From Escherichia phage A4: a stretch of 64,000 nucleotides of DNA. The notes beneath the pieces were generated by a model. That model saw only the letters and a program-made list of their open reading frames with translations, was not told where the DNA came from and searched no databases. A program made the translations under genes and the position numbers. The stretch lies in the sequence record ON286972; one strand, given 5' to 3'. Shown here in pieces: positions 28,245 to 37,688 of the stretch (position 1 is its first letter; each line of letters starts with the position of its first letter).

Positions 28245-30413
28245 TTAAGCACTGATTGTTACAGTTGCAGTATCAGTTTTATTGCCATTCGCAGTAGTCA
28301 CTGTAATGACTACAGTACCTTCTTCTAGAGCAGTTACTAATCCATCATCACTAATAGATACTTTAGTAGGTTCATCTGCACTATAAGTTACTGATTTGTT
28401 AGTTGCGTTAGCTGGAAGAACTTCTGGAACTAGTTGAACTGTTTTAGTACCTGATAGTGAAAGATCAGTGGCTTTAGGTGTTAAACCAACGCTGGATACT
28501 GGTACTGGAATATTAACAGTTACAGCACATTTTGCAGTTTTTGCACCATCAGTAGTTTTTACAGTGATATCAGCAGTACCGTTTGCAACAGCAGTGATTA
28601 AACCACTTGCACTAACAGTTGCGACCCCAGCAGCAGAAGTACTATAAGTTACTGCTTTGTTAGTTGCATTAGCTGGTAGTACAGTTGGTGTTAGTTGTTG
28701 AGTTGCACCAACAGATGTTAAAGTTGCTGTTGTTGGAGAAACAGAAACACTAGCTACAGGAACTGGGATTGACACAGTAATGACACCTTGACCTGTTTTA
28801 CCACTTCCATCAGCGGCAGTTGCGATAATGTTTGCAGTACCGTTAGTTAACGCAGTTACAACACCAGTACTAGCATCAACTTTCGCTACAGCAGGTGCAC
28901 TAGAAGACCATGTTACAGCTTTATTAGTTGCGTTAGCTGGAAGAACTTCAGCAGCCATTGCTTGAGTTGCGTTAACAGCAGTCAATGTTTTAGTTGCTGG
29001 AGTAACATTAATAGTTGTTACTGGAACTGGAATTGCTACAGTTACTGCACAAACTTTACTAAAGCCACCATCAGCAGTAGTAGCCGTGATATTAGCAGTG
29101 CCATTCGCTACCGCAGTGATTAAACCACTTGTACTAACGGTTGCAACACCAGCAGCAGAAGTTGCGTATGTTACTGCTTTGTTACGAGCATTAGCTGGTA
29201 GAACAGTTGCAGTTAATTGCTGTGTTGCACCAACAGAAGTTAATGAAGCGGTTGCAGGTGTTAGGTTAATACCAGTTACTGGAATCGTCACATCAATAAT
29301 TGATTGTGCGGTTTTTTCACCATCAATAGTTGTTACTGTAATAGTGGCAGTACCATTATTAACAGAAGTTACTAAACCGTCATCATCAACTTCTGCTACT
29401 GTAGGTGCAGAAGATTCATAACGAACTTCCTGATTTGATGCAGTTCTTGGTAGTACCGTTGCTGTTAATGGTTCATTTGCACCAATAGTAGTGAATGTAT
29501 ATGTTTCAGGTGTTAACGTAACACCAGTTACTGCTGTTTGAACTTTAATAGAAGAAGTATCAGTAAATGAACCATCTTCAGTTGTTGCAGTAATAGTAAC
29601 ATCACCATTGGATACACCTGTTACCAACCCAGAATCTTTATCAACTGTTGCAACGGATGGAGCAGATGAAGCCCATGTAACTTTCTTGTCTGTTGCTGAG
29701 GCCGGAGTAACTTCAGCTAACAATTGTTGAGTTGCCCCAACGTTTACAGTTGCAGTTTTAGGAGAAACGGTAACACCAGTAACACCAGTACTGACAACGA
29801 TAGAACACACATCTGTGAAATCACCATCGTGAGTTGTTACGGTTACATCAGCATTGCCATTTGCAAGTGCAGTTGCTAGACCTGTTTGAGCATCAACTTC
29901 AACGATTGTAGGAGCAGATGAAGAGTAGGTTACTGCCTTGTCTTTTGCATTAGATGGAACTACTTGGGCTGATAGTTGTTTTGTTGCACCAACTTTAAGA
30001 GATGCATCTTTGGGTGTAATTACAACACCAGTTACGGGGACATCAGCATTAACATAATCGCGTTTTACGATACGACCATTATTTAATTTAATAACACGAC
30101 CCATATAAAGCATAGTATATCCCATGCTAATACCATCATCAACATAGATCATGAATGAATTGTCTTGAACCATATTAATTGCGTCTGCTGGTTCAACAGA
30201 ATTTGGAATGTCGATACCACGAGTATCATACCAACGCATGGAAACTTTGTAATAGATATCACCATTATCATTGATGAGATCATACACGTTACCGGAACGT
30301 TGACGGTTAATATATAAAGTTTCGGTTAACACCTTACCATCGATTTTAGCGACGGAAACTTTAATACCACCAATACCAAAAGGCAATTTACCTTCACTAG
30401 ATATTGCTTTCAT
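28245..30413 (-). CDS. Virion-associated candidate with N-terminal domain plus seven Big_2 Ig-like repeats
   Basis: Seven ~85 aa repeats of VTPA..L.VGATQQL.A.VLPANATNKAVT..SSAP.VA.V...GL.TAV..G.A.IT..T.DG; late promoter upstream. Confidence 0.75.
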   Translation of the reverse strand: MKAISSEGKLPFGIGGIKVSVAKIDGKVLTETLYINRQRSGNVYDLINDNGDIYYKVSMRWYDTRGIDIPNSVEPADAINMVQDNSFMIYVDDGISMGYTMLYMGRVIKLNNGRIVKRDYVNADVPVTGVVITPKDASLKVGATKQLSAQVVPSNAKDKAVTYSSSAPTIVEVDAQTGLATALANGNADVTVTTHDGDFTDVCSIVVSTGVTGVTVSPKTATVNVGATQQLLAEVTPASATDKKVTWASSAPSVATVDKDSGLVTGVSNGDVTITATTEDGSFTDTSSIKVQTAVTGVTLTPETYTFTTIGANEPLTATVLPRTASNQEVRYESSAPTVAEVDDDGLVTSVNNGTATITVTTIDGEKTAQSIIDVTIPVTGINLTPATASLTSVGATQQLTATVLPANARNKAVTYATSAAGVATVSTSGLITAVANGTANITATTADGGFSKVCAVTVAIPVPVTTINVTPATKTLTAVNATQAMAAEVLPANATNKAVTWSSSAPAVAKVDASTGVVTALTNGTANIIATAADGSGKTGQGVITVSIPVPVASVSVSPTTATLTSVGATQQLTPTVLPANATNKAVTYSTSAAGVATVSASGLITAVANGTADITVKTTDGAKTAKCAVTVNIPVPVSSVGLTPKATDLSLSGTKTVQLVPEVLPANATNKSVTYSADEPTKVSISDDGLVTALEEGTVVITVTTANGNKTDTATVTISA
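28250..30050 (-). repeat. Tandem ~260 bp coding repeats (Big_2 domain units)
   Basis: Recurring gttactgctttgttagttgcattagctgg-like segments at ~260 bp periodicity. Confidence 0.6.
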
Positions 30414-30449
30414 ATACTTTCCTTTATAAATTGTATTGTAGTGTTATAT

Positions 30450-30457
30450 TATTTATA
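30450..30457 (-). promoter_or_regulatory. T4-type late promoter TATAAATA
   Basis: Plus-strand TATTTATA (TATAAATA on minus) about 37 nt upstream of the minus-strand start at 30413. Confidence 0.55.
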
Positions 30458-30481
30458 TTATACCAAAAGTATTTTAGGATT

Positions 30482-30504
30482 AAAAAAGGAGTCCGAAGAC
30501 TCCT
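30482..30504 (-). terminator. Rho-independent terminator (minus strand)
   Basis: Hairpin ggagtc-cgaa-gactcc with T-run on the minus strand, just downstream of the gene ending at 30517. Confidence 0.5.
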
Positions 30505-30516
30505 TAAAATATAAAG

Positions 30517-31020
30517 TTATTGGAAACGAGCATACGGTGGAAATCTGGTTTGGTCAGGCCAATCTTTCGGAGAGAAGTAAGCAGTGAATTGCATTTTATC
30601 ATTTGAATAAAGAACAAAATCATCTGGCTTTATTATAACTTTAGACAACGAATTTGGCTCCACGTTCGTTCTTCTGAAAATTATTTCACCATTATGTAAT
30701 TTTATTTTATTACTTTGATATTGAATACCAAAACCATACTTATTATTAATAGCATCAGCTTCTTTTATGCAAAATGTATTATTTGCTAAAGATTTAGCAA
30801 TTTCAGCATCGTCATCATCATACTACAATGTTGATTTATCTTTATTTCTACCTGTGATTTTTATCTTGAAATTTTCAGATATTAAATCATATGAATCGAA
30901 TGTTCTTTGTTTTATAACATACAATTCTTTAACAAATACTTGCCCTTCTATCTTTGCAGCAGTAACCTGCAATCCACCTATAACAAATGGAAATTGATCT
31001 AAGCCAGCTATTGGTTTCAT
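30517..31020 (-). pseudogene. Third N-domain paralog interrupted by a single in-frame TAG (nonsense allele or read-through gene)
   Basis: Track ORF 30823-31020 ends at TAG; the same frame continues 101 codons to TAA at 30517-30519 and stays similar to paralog 27813-28187. Confidence 0.45.
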
Positions 31021-31154
31021 AACATCTCCTTACCTTAAAAATGGGATTGTAAACTGCCTCCCAATATGATACCATAGTTCAAATGGTCAATTGGTAAATC
31101 AATGAACTTAACAAAAACACTTGATACTACAGTCATAATTGTTCAGTTTTGCAC

Positions 31155-31183
31155 TTGACATAATTGATCAATTATTGTACTAT
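31155..31183 (+). promoter_or_regulatory. Candidate sigma70-like promoter
   Basis: TTGACA, 17 nt spacer, TACTAT, about 35 nt upstream of 31219. Confidence 0.35.
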
Positions 31184-31218
31184 TATTTATGTTCCTTAAC
31201 TCAAATCCGAGGTAATCA

Positions 31219-31824
31219 ATGAAACGAATCTTGAAAGAGATTGTACAAACCGTTGTTTTAATCGCTGCATTAAACTTTCCGGCAGCGGCAGAAGTTTCAA
31301 AAAAATCATCAGTTTTTCTATTAAATGAACATGTTGTGTCAATTGATGGTGAACTAAATGATGAAACTGTACAAGAAGTGAAGAAGTTGTGGAAAGAAAC
31401 AAGATTTAAAATTTTAACAATTACATCACCTGGTGGAGATTTTGATGCAGGATTAGATTTGGGATTGTTTGTGGCTGCTAAAAAGTTAACTGTTTATGTC
31501 CCAAAGCAATGTAATTCGTCTTGTAGTCTGGTTTTTTTCTCTGCATCATCTGAACGTAGGGATATGAGTGATACCGCAGTGATGGGTTTACATAACATCT
31601 CACTAGTATCTACGAATGGTGCAGATCCAGATACGACATTCGTTTCAGTTAGACAGTTGATGGAGTTTACACATCAAGTCTCAACTAAAGTTGGGTATCT
31701 TTTTACACTGTACGCACATAACGGTATCCCCGCTGAAACACTCATTGATATCAGTACTAAACATGGTGAGGATATCGTTGTCTTACGAAGAACAGATCTA
31801 GTTAAATGGGGAATTATTCAATAA
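31219..31824 (+). CDS. Secreted ClpP/NfeD-like serine peptidase-fold protein
   Basis: N-terminal signal-like segment, then ILTITSPGGDFDAG resembling the ClpP-class SPGG motif. Confidence 0.45.
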   Translation: MKRILKEIVQTVVLIAALNFPAAAEVSKKSSVFLLNEHVVSIDGELNDETVQEVKKLWKETRFKILTITSPGGDFDAGLDLGLFVAAKKLTVYVPKQCNSSCSLVFFSASSERRDMSDTAVMGLHNISLVSTNGADPDTTFVSVRQLMEFTHQVSTKVGYLFTLYAHNGIPAETLIDISTKHGEDIVVLRRTDLVKWGIIQ

Positions 31825-31951
31825 AAGTTGTATTTTTTATGAAGCAATGATATAATCCTAATACTAATTCATGATTTTGGTTAAGGGTGGTGTACTGCCA
31901 CCCGATTTTAAGATATAATGGTTGCACATTAAACAACCAAGGAAACAAAAA

Positions 31952-32215
31952 ATGACAGAATTATCACATCTTCAAGGCTGGACAGAGTTCATCTTCTATG
32001 CTACTATAGTTACATATGGAATCATTGTTCTTTTATCAGTGATTATGGCAAATGATTTTAAGAGTGGTTTTCTTGAAGAAAATGGTGAGTTTTCTTCTAA
32101 AACTGAAAAGTACTTTTATTATTTCTTTAAAATTTCGTATACAATTTTACTCATAATTTTGGGTTTACTATTGTATTTCATGTACACAATCTTAGATGTA
32201 ATGCATCTTTTATAA
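31952..32215 (+). CDS. Small membrane protein
   Basis: Trimmed to ATG 31952 after AAGGAAA; two hydrophobic helices. Confidence 0.45.
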   Translation: MTELSHLQGWTEFIFYATIVTYGIIVLLSVIMANDFKSGFLEENGEFSSKTEKYFYYFFKISYTILLIILGLLLYFMYTILDVMHLL

Positions 32216-32226
32216 CGGAGATAACA

Positions 32227-32829
32227 ATGACTTGTATTATTGCTTACACTGATGGTAACACATCTTTTATCGCGGGTGACAAACTGGGTAGTAATGGTTT
32301 CACTAAAGCAATTCAAACTGAACCAAAAGTGTTTGAAAAAGAATTCATCAAAATCGATGAAAGTGGATTGAATCGCACCAAAGAAGTTATGGCAATGGGA
32401 TACACGTCGAGCTTCCGCATGGGACAATTGCTGACGTATAAACTTGATTTACCTGAACAGCAATCAAACCAAACATTCTCACAGTACTTAGTACTTGAGG
32501 TAATCCCACGTATTCGCACACTATTCAAAGAAGAATGGGGTGCTCGTGATACAACTCAAGATGTGGGTGGTGGTCAATTTATCATTCTTCATAATCATAC
32601 AATTTATGAAGTGCAAGAGGACTTTTCAGTACTCCAGCCTAAGACTCAAATTACGTCAGTAGGTAGTGGGACATATCATGCAATTGCAGCTATGCAAGCA
32701 TATATTGAAGTTCAAAAAGAAACAGGTGTTAAGATGGTTGATCGCACCGATTCTATCTTCAAAATTGTAAGTGATAATGTTACCAGCGTTAGTGCTGAGT
32801 ATGATTTACTAAGCTATCCTAAGCTGTAA
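32227..32829 (+). CDS. Ntn-hydrolase, HslV/proteasome-beta-like peptidase
   Basis: Thr2 after Met, IAGD and SVGSG..YA.AA motifs paralleling E. coli HslV. Confidence 0.5.
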   Translation: MTCIIAYTDGNTSFIAGDKLGSNGFTKAIQTEPKVFEKEFIKIDESGLNRTKEVMAMGYTSSFRMGQLLTYKLDLPEQQSNQTFSQYLVLEVIPRIRTLFKEEWGARDTTQDVGGGQFIILHNHTIYEVQEDFSVLQPKTQITSVGSGTYHAIAAMQAYIEVQKETGVKMVDRTDSIFKIVSDNVTSVSAEYDLLSYPKL

Positions 32830-32889
32830 TACAAAAAAGGGGATTCTTATAATCCCCTATATTAATTTAATAAGGAGAGTATTATAACT

Positions 32890-33102
32890 ATGATAACTAT
32901 CAATTACTTTTCACTATGCTTTGTTTATTTTGTTGTTGTATTTCTAGCAGTTGTAGCGTACAATAATATTAAATGTATATATAAAATTATCAAAAACAAA
33001 GAGAAATTCAATGGATGGATGATATATCACATTGTCATCTCGGTTGTGTGTATCTTATTTGTATACGATTTGAGTTCATTAGGTACAGTAGGTAAGCTAT
33101 GA
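32890..33102 (+). CDS. Small membrane protein (70 aa)
   Basis: Two hydrophobic helices; AAGGAG RBS. Confidence 0.45.
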   Translation: MITINYFSLCFVYFVVVFLAVVAYNNIKCIYKIIKNKEKFNGWMIYHIVISVVCILFVYDLSSLGTVGKL

Positions 33103-33851
33103 TTTCTGACTCTTTTATAAAAAATAAAGGTAATAAACGTGTATTGGTTATTTCCGGTGCAGGTCTATCCGTTGAAAGTGGGATGGAACCGTTTCGCATG
33201 GACGATGGCCTATGGGATCAATTTCAAATAAATGATGTATGTAACATTGCACGTCTTAGTACTAAGTATCATTTAGTACACACTTTCTATAATACATTAC
33301 GTGTTAAAATGAAAGATTGTGTTCCTAATGATATGCATTATTATATCAAATCTCTAGAAGATACATACGGTGATAACTTTTTACATATGACTTCGAATAT
33401 GGATGATCTCTATACTCGTATTGGTGGTAATGAATTAAAGTTACATGGTAATTTAAAAGAAGTTATTGAGAATTTTACAATTGGTGGTGACGATTATAGT
33501 ATTGTGGATTGTGGTTATGAACCGTACATTCCGAAAGAAGGTGTCTTTGCGAAACCAAACGTAGTGTTCATTGGTGAATATTATCGTTATGTTGATGGTG
33601 AAAAACTCCCAATATACGATGAGCGTAATTTAATATTGCAATCCTTAACAGAAGATGATACAGTTGTAGTCATTGGTAGCAGTGACACAGTACTGAAATG
33701 GTCACATCTGGTTGCTTGTTTACCATGCTTTAGTGTTAATATCAACATCAGAAAAAATGATAACGATTTCATGTTCAATGAAAAAATTATAAAACCAGCT
33801 ACAAAAGCGATTCCAGTACTGGAAACTATCATTAAGGATAGAATGAAATGA
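33099..33851 (+). CDS. Sir2-family (sirtuin-like) protein
   Basis: VLVISGAGLSVESG..PFR..DGLW and HMTSNMDDL...HG motifs match the sirtuin NAD-binding core; no Cys4 zinc module seen. Confidence 0.7.
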   Translation: MISDSFIKNKGNKRVLVISGAGLSVESGMEPFRMDDGLWDQFQINDVCNIARLSTKYHLVHTFYNTLRVKMKDCVPNDMHYYIKSLEDTYGDNFLHMTSNMDDLYTRIGGNELKLHGNLKEVIENFTIGGDDYSIVDCGYEPYIPKEGVFAKPNVVFIGEYYRYVDGEKLPIYDERNLILQSLTEDDTVVVIGSSDTVLKWSHLVACLPCFSVNINIRKNDNDFMFNEKIIKPATKAIPVLETIIKDRMK

Positions 33852-34396
33852 TTCGAGAAGTACCTCTAGGTGAGTATGGTAAACGAGCAAACTTTGTATT
33901 CTGTTACTTCTTTGCTCGAAATTGTAACCCATATAAAGGTTATGAATTAAATGATATCCCTGTTGTGAATCTGGTATTACTCCAGCTTCGTTGGGATGGT
34001 TTACTGGGTGGTTGTGGTGGAACAGTCGAAGATACCGATGCCACCTTAGAAGATGCACTATTCCGTGAAATTCAGGAAGAGATGGATTATAATATTTTCA
34101 TCGAACAACTGAAACCATTGAAAACTTACGAACTATATCCTGGAGCACATACCCATAGCTATAGTTATGAAGTTACTTACGAAGAATTGAATGCGATTCG
34201 CGACGGATACAGTACTGCTAAACATGCAAGTGCAGAAGTGGCTGGTGTTAATTTATGTCACATTTCTCGTTATTCAAAGGGACAAAACCGAGAAGCAGGA
34301 TATAATAATCTTATGACACAAAACTTCATAGGAACTGCTAAAATGGAATTAGAACATCTTGTTCAATCCGAGAATTTACTGATTAGTTACTTATAA
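33848..34396 (+). CDS. Nudix-like hydrolase
   Basis: GGTVEDTDATLEDALFREIQEEM approximates the Nudix box GX5EX7REUXEE. Confidence 0.45.
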   Translation: MIREVPLGEYGKRANFVFCYFFARNCNPYKGYELNDIPVVNLVLLQLRWDGLLGGCGGTVEDTDATLEDALFREIQEEMDYNIFIEQLKPLKTYELYPGAHTHSYSYEVTYEELNAIRDGYSTAKHASAEVAGVNLCHISRYSKGQNREAGYNNLMTQNFIGTAKMELEHLVQSENLLISYL

Positions 34397-34407
34397 GGTG
34401 AATTATA

Positions 34408-34740
34408 ATGTCTTACTCAATGTTTCTGGATGATATTCGTGATCCTGAAAAGTATTATCCAAATCAAAACATGGTTTTATGTCGTGATTATGAAAGTGCA
34501 TGTGCTTATGTAAATGAACATGGTTTACCACAATTTATTAGCTTCGATCATGACTTAGGTGATGTTGGGGAGGATGAAAAAACAGGGTATTCATTTGCAA
34601 AATTTCTAATTGATTATATGGTCGAAAACAATATCAGTACTGAATTCGATTATATCATCCATAGCAGTAATCCTGTAGGGAAGGTCAACATTGACACATA
34701 CTTACAGAATGGTTTTAGATTTTTGAGAGGGGACAATTGA
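34408..34740 (+). CDS. Hypothetical protein (110 aa)
   Basis: Track ORF. Confidence 0.5.
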   Translation: MSYSMFLDDIRDPEKYYPNQNMVLCRDYESACAYVNEHGLPQFISFDHDLGDVGEDEKTGYSFAKFLIDYMVENNISTEFDYIIHSSNPVGKVNIDTYLQNGFRFLRGDN

Positions 34741-35036
34741 CAAAACATCATATACAAAGCTTTATAATCACAAGTGTTATATTTCTTGTTGTGTTTTGGT
34801 TCTTCTATCATCAAGATCAAACCAAGCACAGAAATATATACTACCGTACTGCTGTTGTTACTGACATAGGGCAGTGTGAAGAAAATACATGTTCATTTAC
34901 TTATAAGACTGAAGATGGGTCTATTAAGTATGGAGCATCAAGTAAACCAGTTTCAGTTGGGCAAATTGTTTACAATGAATGCTGGACAGAAAAGGCTCGC
35001 GGTCACCGCTGCTACGTTGACTATGAGCCACAATAA
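34737..35036 (+). CDS. Small membrane-anchored protein
   Basis: TTG start overlapping the upstream stop; N-terminal hydrophobic helix. Confidence 0.4.
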   Translation: MTKHHIQSFIITSVIFLVVFWFFYHQDQTKHRNIYYRTAVVTDIGQCEENTCSFTYKTEDGSIKYGASSKPVSVGQIVYNECWTEKARGHRCYVDYEPQ

Positions 35037-35100
35037 GAAGTGTCTGAGTCTATAATCTACCGTAGAGCACAAGGATGTGCTCATAACTCAAGGATGTTTT

Positions 35101-36540
35101 ATGAAAAAATACACAATTGACACAAACGTACTACTATCCGATCCAAATGCAACTGTAGCATTTGATGGGGCAGCAGTGATTCTACCATTCACTGTTCTTG
35201 AAGAACTTGATTCAATCAAGAGCCGTAATGTTGACGTATCACGTGATGCACGTTTCGCAATCCGTAACATCGATGCAATTCTGAAAGATGCTACTCATGA
35301 AGAAATCAGCAGTACTGGTGTTAATATTGCCAATATCCACAAAAATATGGATGCATCCAGTAAGCTATTCGTTATGACGAATGAAGAAGCTGAAGCACTT
35401 ATTCGTATGGGCGGCAGTGAAGATAAAGTAGAAACTCTACTTAAAAGTACTGTACCAGATGACAAAATCATTCTAGTGGCTTTGGCATCACAATCAGTAC
35501 TGGTAACTCGCGACATTAACATGCGTATCAAAGCAATGAGCTACGGTGTTGAGGTACAAGATTACCGTCATGACGTTGCAATCGAAGATAGTGAGTTGAT
35601 TCATATTGGTCAGCACCACCTTGATATTGATTTCTGGAAAACATTCAGTGAAGTTAATAATGCTGAAATTAAATCCCAACAAGAAGGTCGCCGTCTATAT
35701 CACTATATTCCAACCGCATTGATTCAAGATGTTCTACCAGATAATCTATGTATTGGTGATTATCTATATGATAATGCTGATGTACTATTCGTATACGAAG
35801 GTCAATCTGCTATCGAAGAAGAAGACGGTTCACTAACACCTGAAGATATTTTGGTATTCCAGGATATTGGTCAAAGTATCGCTCTTCGTGCTAAAGTTTG
35901 GGATATTAAAGCAAAGAATATTCAACAGGCACTAGCAATTAACAGTATTCTTGACCCTGATGTACATTTGACAGTACTACTCGGTTCAGCAGGTACTGGT
36001 AAAACATTGATTACTGTTGCTACTTCACTCGAATTAGTGCTGGAAAAACGTAAATACGATCGTATAATCTTCTCCAAAACACAAGATTCTCAATTTGAAG
36101 AAATTGGTTTCTTGCCTGGTTCTGAAGCTGAGAAGGTCATCCCATTCTGTGGGGCTGCAATTGATGCACTAGAGTATCTACACAAAGACGATGCTAACCC
36201 ACAAGGTAGTATTGAAGAGATTCTCAAACGTAACGTAATGCAGTTTAAAGCATTGAACTTTATTCGTGGTCGTTCTTTTACTAATACAATTCTAATTGTT
36301 GATGAATTCCAGAACATCACCCCTGCACAGGCAAAAACTATTCTTACCCGTGCAGGTCAAAACTGTAAGGTTATCATTATGGGTAACTTAGCACAGATTG
36401 ATAGTAAGTTTATTAGTCCAGTTAATAGTGGTTTGACATATGTAACTGAAAAATTCAAAGATTGGGAAGGGTGTCGTATCATTGAATTGGAAGGTGTTGT
36501 ACGTTCTGCACTTGCAGAGTTTGCAGAAGAAAATATGTAA
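35101..36540 (+). CDS. phoH: PhoH-like ATPase with N-terminal PIN domain
   Basis: Trimmed to ATG 35101; PIN-like N-terminus (IDTNVLL), Walker A GSAGTGKT, Walker B-like ILIVDEFQN. Confidence 0.8.
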   Translation: MKKYTIDTNVLLSDPNATVAFDGAAVILPFTVLEELDSIKSRNVDVSRDARFAIRNIDAILKDATHEEISSTGVNIANIHKNMDASSKLFVMTNEEAEALIRMGGSEDKVETLLKSTVPDDKIILVALASQSVLVTRDINMRIKAMSYGVEVQDYRHDVAIEDSELIHIGQHHLDIDFWKTFSEVNNAEIKSQQEGRRLYHYIPTALIQDVLPDNLCIGDYLYDNADVLFVYEGQSAIEEEDGSLTPEDILVFQDIGQSIALRAKVWDIKAKNIQQALAINSILDPDVHLTVLLGSAGTGKTLITVATSLELVLEKRKYDRIIFSKTQDSQFEEIGFLPGSEAEKVIPFCGAAIDALEYLHKDDANPQGSIEEILKRNVMQFKALNFIRGRSFTNTILIVDEFQNITPAQAKTILTRAGQNCKVIIMGNLAQIDSKFISPVNSGLTYVTEKFKDWEGCRIIELEGVVRSALAEFAEENM

Positions 36541-36547
36541 TCTATTA

Positions 36548-36576
36548 TTGACATTAAATGTGTTCATTGCTATAAT
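36548..36576 (+). promoter_or_regulatory. Consensus sigma70 promoter
   Basis: TTGACA, 17 nt spacer, TATAAT, about 30 nt upstream of 36609. Confidence 0.65.
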
Positions 36577-36608
36577 GAACACACCATTATCGAAGAAGGA
36601 AGTAAATC

Positions 36609-36797
36609 ATGGCTAAACAACCTAAGAAAAAAGAACCAGAAGTTAAAGTTAAAAAAGTGAAAGTTATTCAATCCAAAGAACAACGCACTTATGAGCTACG
36701 TAAAGCTGAAACTTTAAGTGGGCTTCAGTCTCTACGTAAGCAAGGTGTACTAACACGTGCACAATATCGTGAACTGGTTGCACAAAAAGGTTTTTGA
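36609..36797 (+). CDS. Small lysine-rich protein (62 aa)
   Basis: Directly downstream of a consensus promoter; GAAGGAAG RBS. Confidence 0.55.
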   Translation: MAKQPKKKEPEVKVKKVKVIQSKEQRTYELRKAETLSGLQSLRKQGVLTRAQYRELVAQKGF

Positions 36798-36902
36798 TTT
36801 AACGCGTTTTTTTGGAGTTCTTAATAAATACTTTCATAAGAATAATAATACTTTTTATGAATTTAAAAAGAACTCCATGTGTTATTTCAGTAAGTTTTTC
36901 AT

Positions 36903-36928
36903 CCCTGTCAATTGGCAGGGATTTTTTA
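36903..36928 (+). terminator. Rho-independent terminator
   Basis: Hairpin ccctg-tcaattgg-caggg followed by ATTTTTTATT. Confidence 0.55.
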
Positions 36929-36941
36929 TTGGTGGTAAACT

Positions 36942-37688
36942 ATGGATCTTGAAAAACAAACCGAAGCAATCATCACCGAACTAATCAAAATTGGTTATAA
37001 ATGCCCATTTATCTATGGTTCGTGGAATACTTTTTGTTTGTATAAGTATGATGACAAATTACCAAATGATATTGATGTTATTAATATAGTACCAGAAGAG
37101 TTTGAAGAAGGTGAGTTCTCTGTAAAATTAGATTGTATTGATATACCTGTCAATATTGAATGTATGACTCTCAATCATCTTCGTGTCGAATTAATGCGTG
37201 GTGATGTTAAATACTATACCATCGGTTTTGGTACTATTGTACCGAAATGTGCAAATCATCTTTTGATGTACCTTGGTCATATCGGTTCGGTTATGATGAC
37301 ACGCCGTAACAGTGAGATTCGTAAAATTTGCAGTACTGCATCAGATAAAGCCTTTAATAAAGGAAAAAAGAAGTTGACAGTACTGGAAGATTACGATAAG
37401 ATGTTAGGACTAAAGAACATCTGGCATAGCATTCACTTCATCTATATCATTACGCATTATTACAATCTGTACAGATCTAACACTGAACATGAAATGAATA
37501 TTGCGTCGATGAAACAAGAGTTTGATGTGCTTGAAATGCTGAACATTCGCGACAACATCTATAAGATATATGATGAAACATATGGTGATTATCATGTAAA
37601 AGCACAAGCTGTTATTGATTACGCGAAACCGATTCGTAACAAACTGATGACTGAATTTAGAAAATTATACCCCAAGGAGGATGTATGA
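36942..37688 (+). CDS. Hypothetical protein (248 aa), possible minimal nucleotidyltransferase fold
   Basis: GS followed ~17 aa later by DID; weak evidence only. Confidence 0.45.
   Translation: MDLEKQTEAIITELIKIGYKCPFIYGSWNTFCLYKYDDKLPNDIDVINIVPEEFEEGEFSVKLDCIDIPVNIECMTLNHLRVELMRGDVKYYTIGFGTIVPKCANHLLMYLGHIGSVMMTRRNSEIRKICSTASDKAFNKGKKKLTVLEDYDKMLGLKNIWHSIHFIYIITHYYNLYRSNTEHEMNIASMKQEFDVLEMLNIRDNIYKIYDETYGDYHVKAQAVIDYAKPIRNKLMTEFRKLYPKEDV

Noticed and set aside
29086-29421. Plus-strand ORF antisense to the Ig-repeat gene
   Set aside because: Low-complexity translation of the antisense of Ala/Thr/Val-rich Big_2 repeats; the minus-strand frame has clear domain structure.
36757-36984. Track ORF 36757-36984 (+)
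   Set aside because: Spans an inverted repeat and the terminator hairpin at 36903-36928 and overlaps the better-supported start of 36942-37688.
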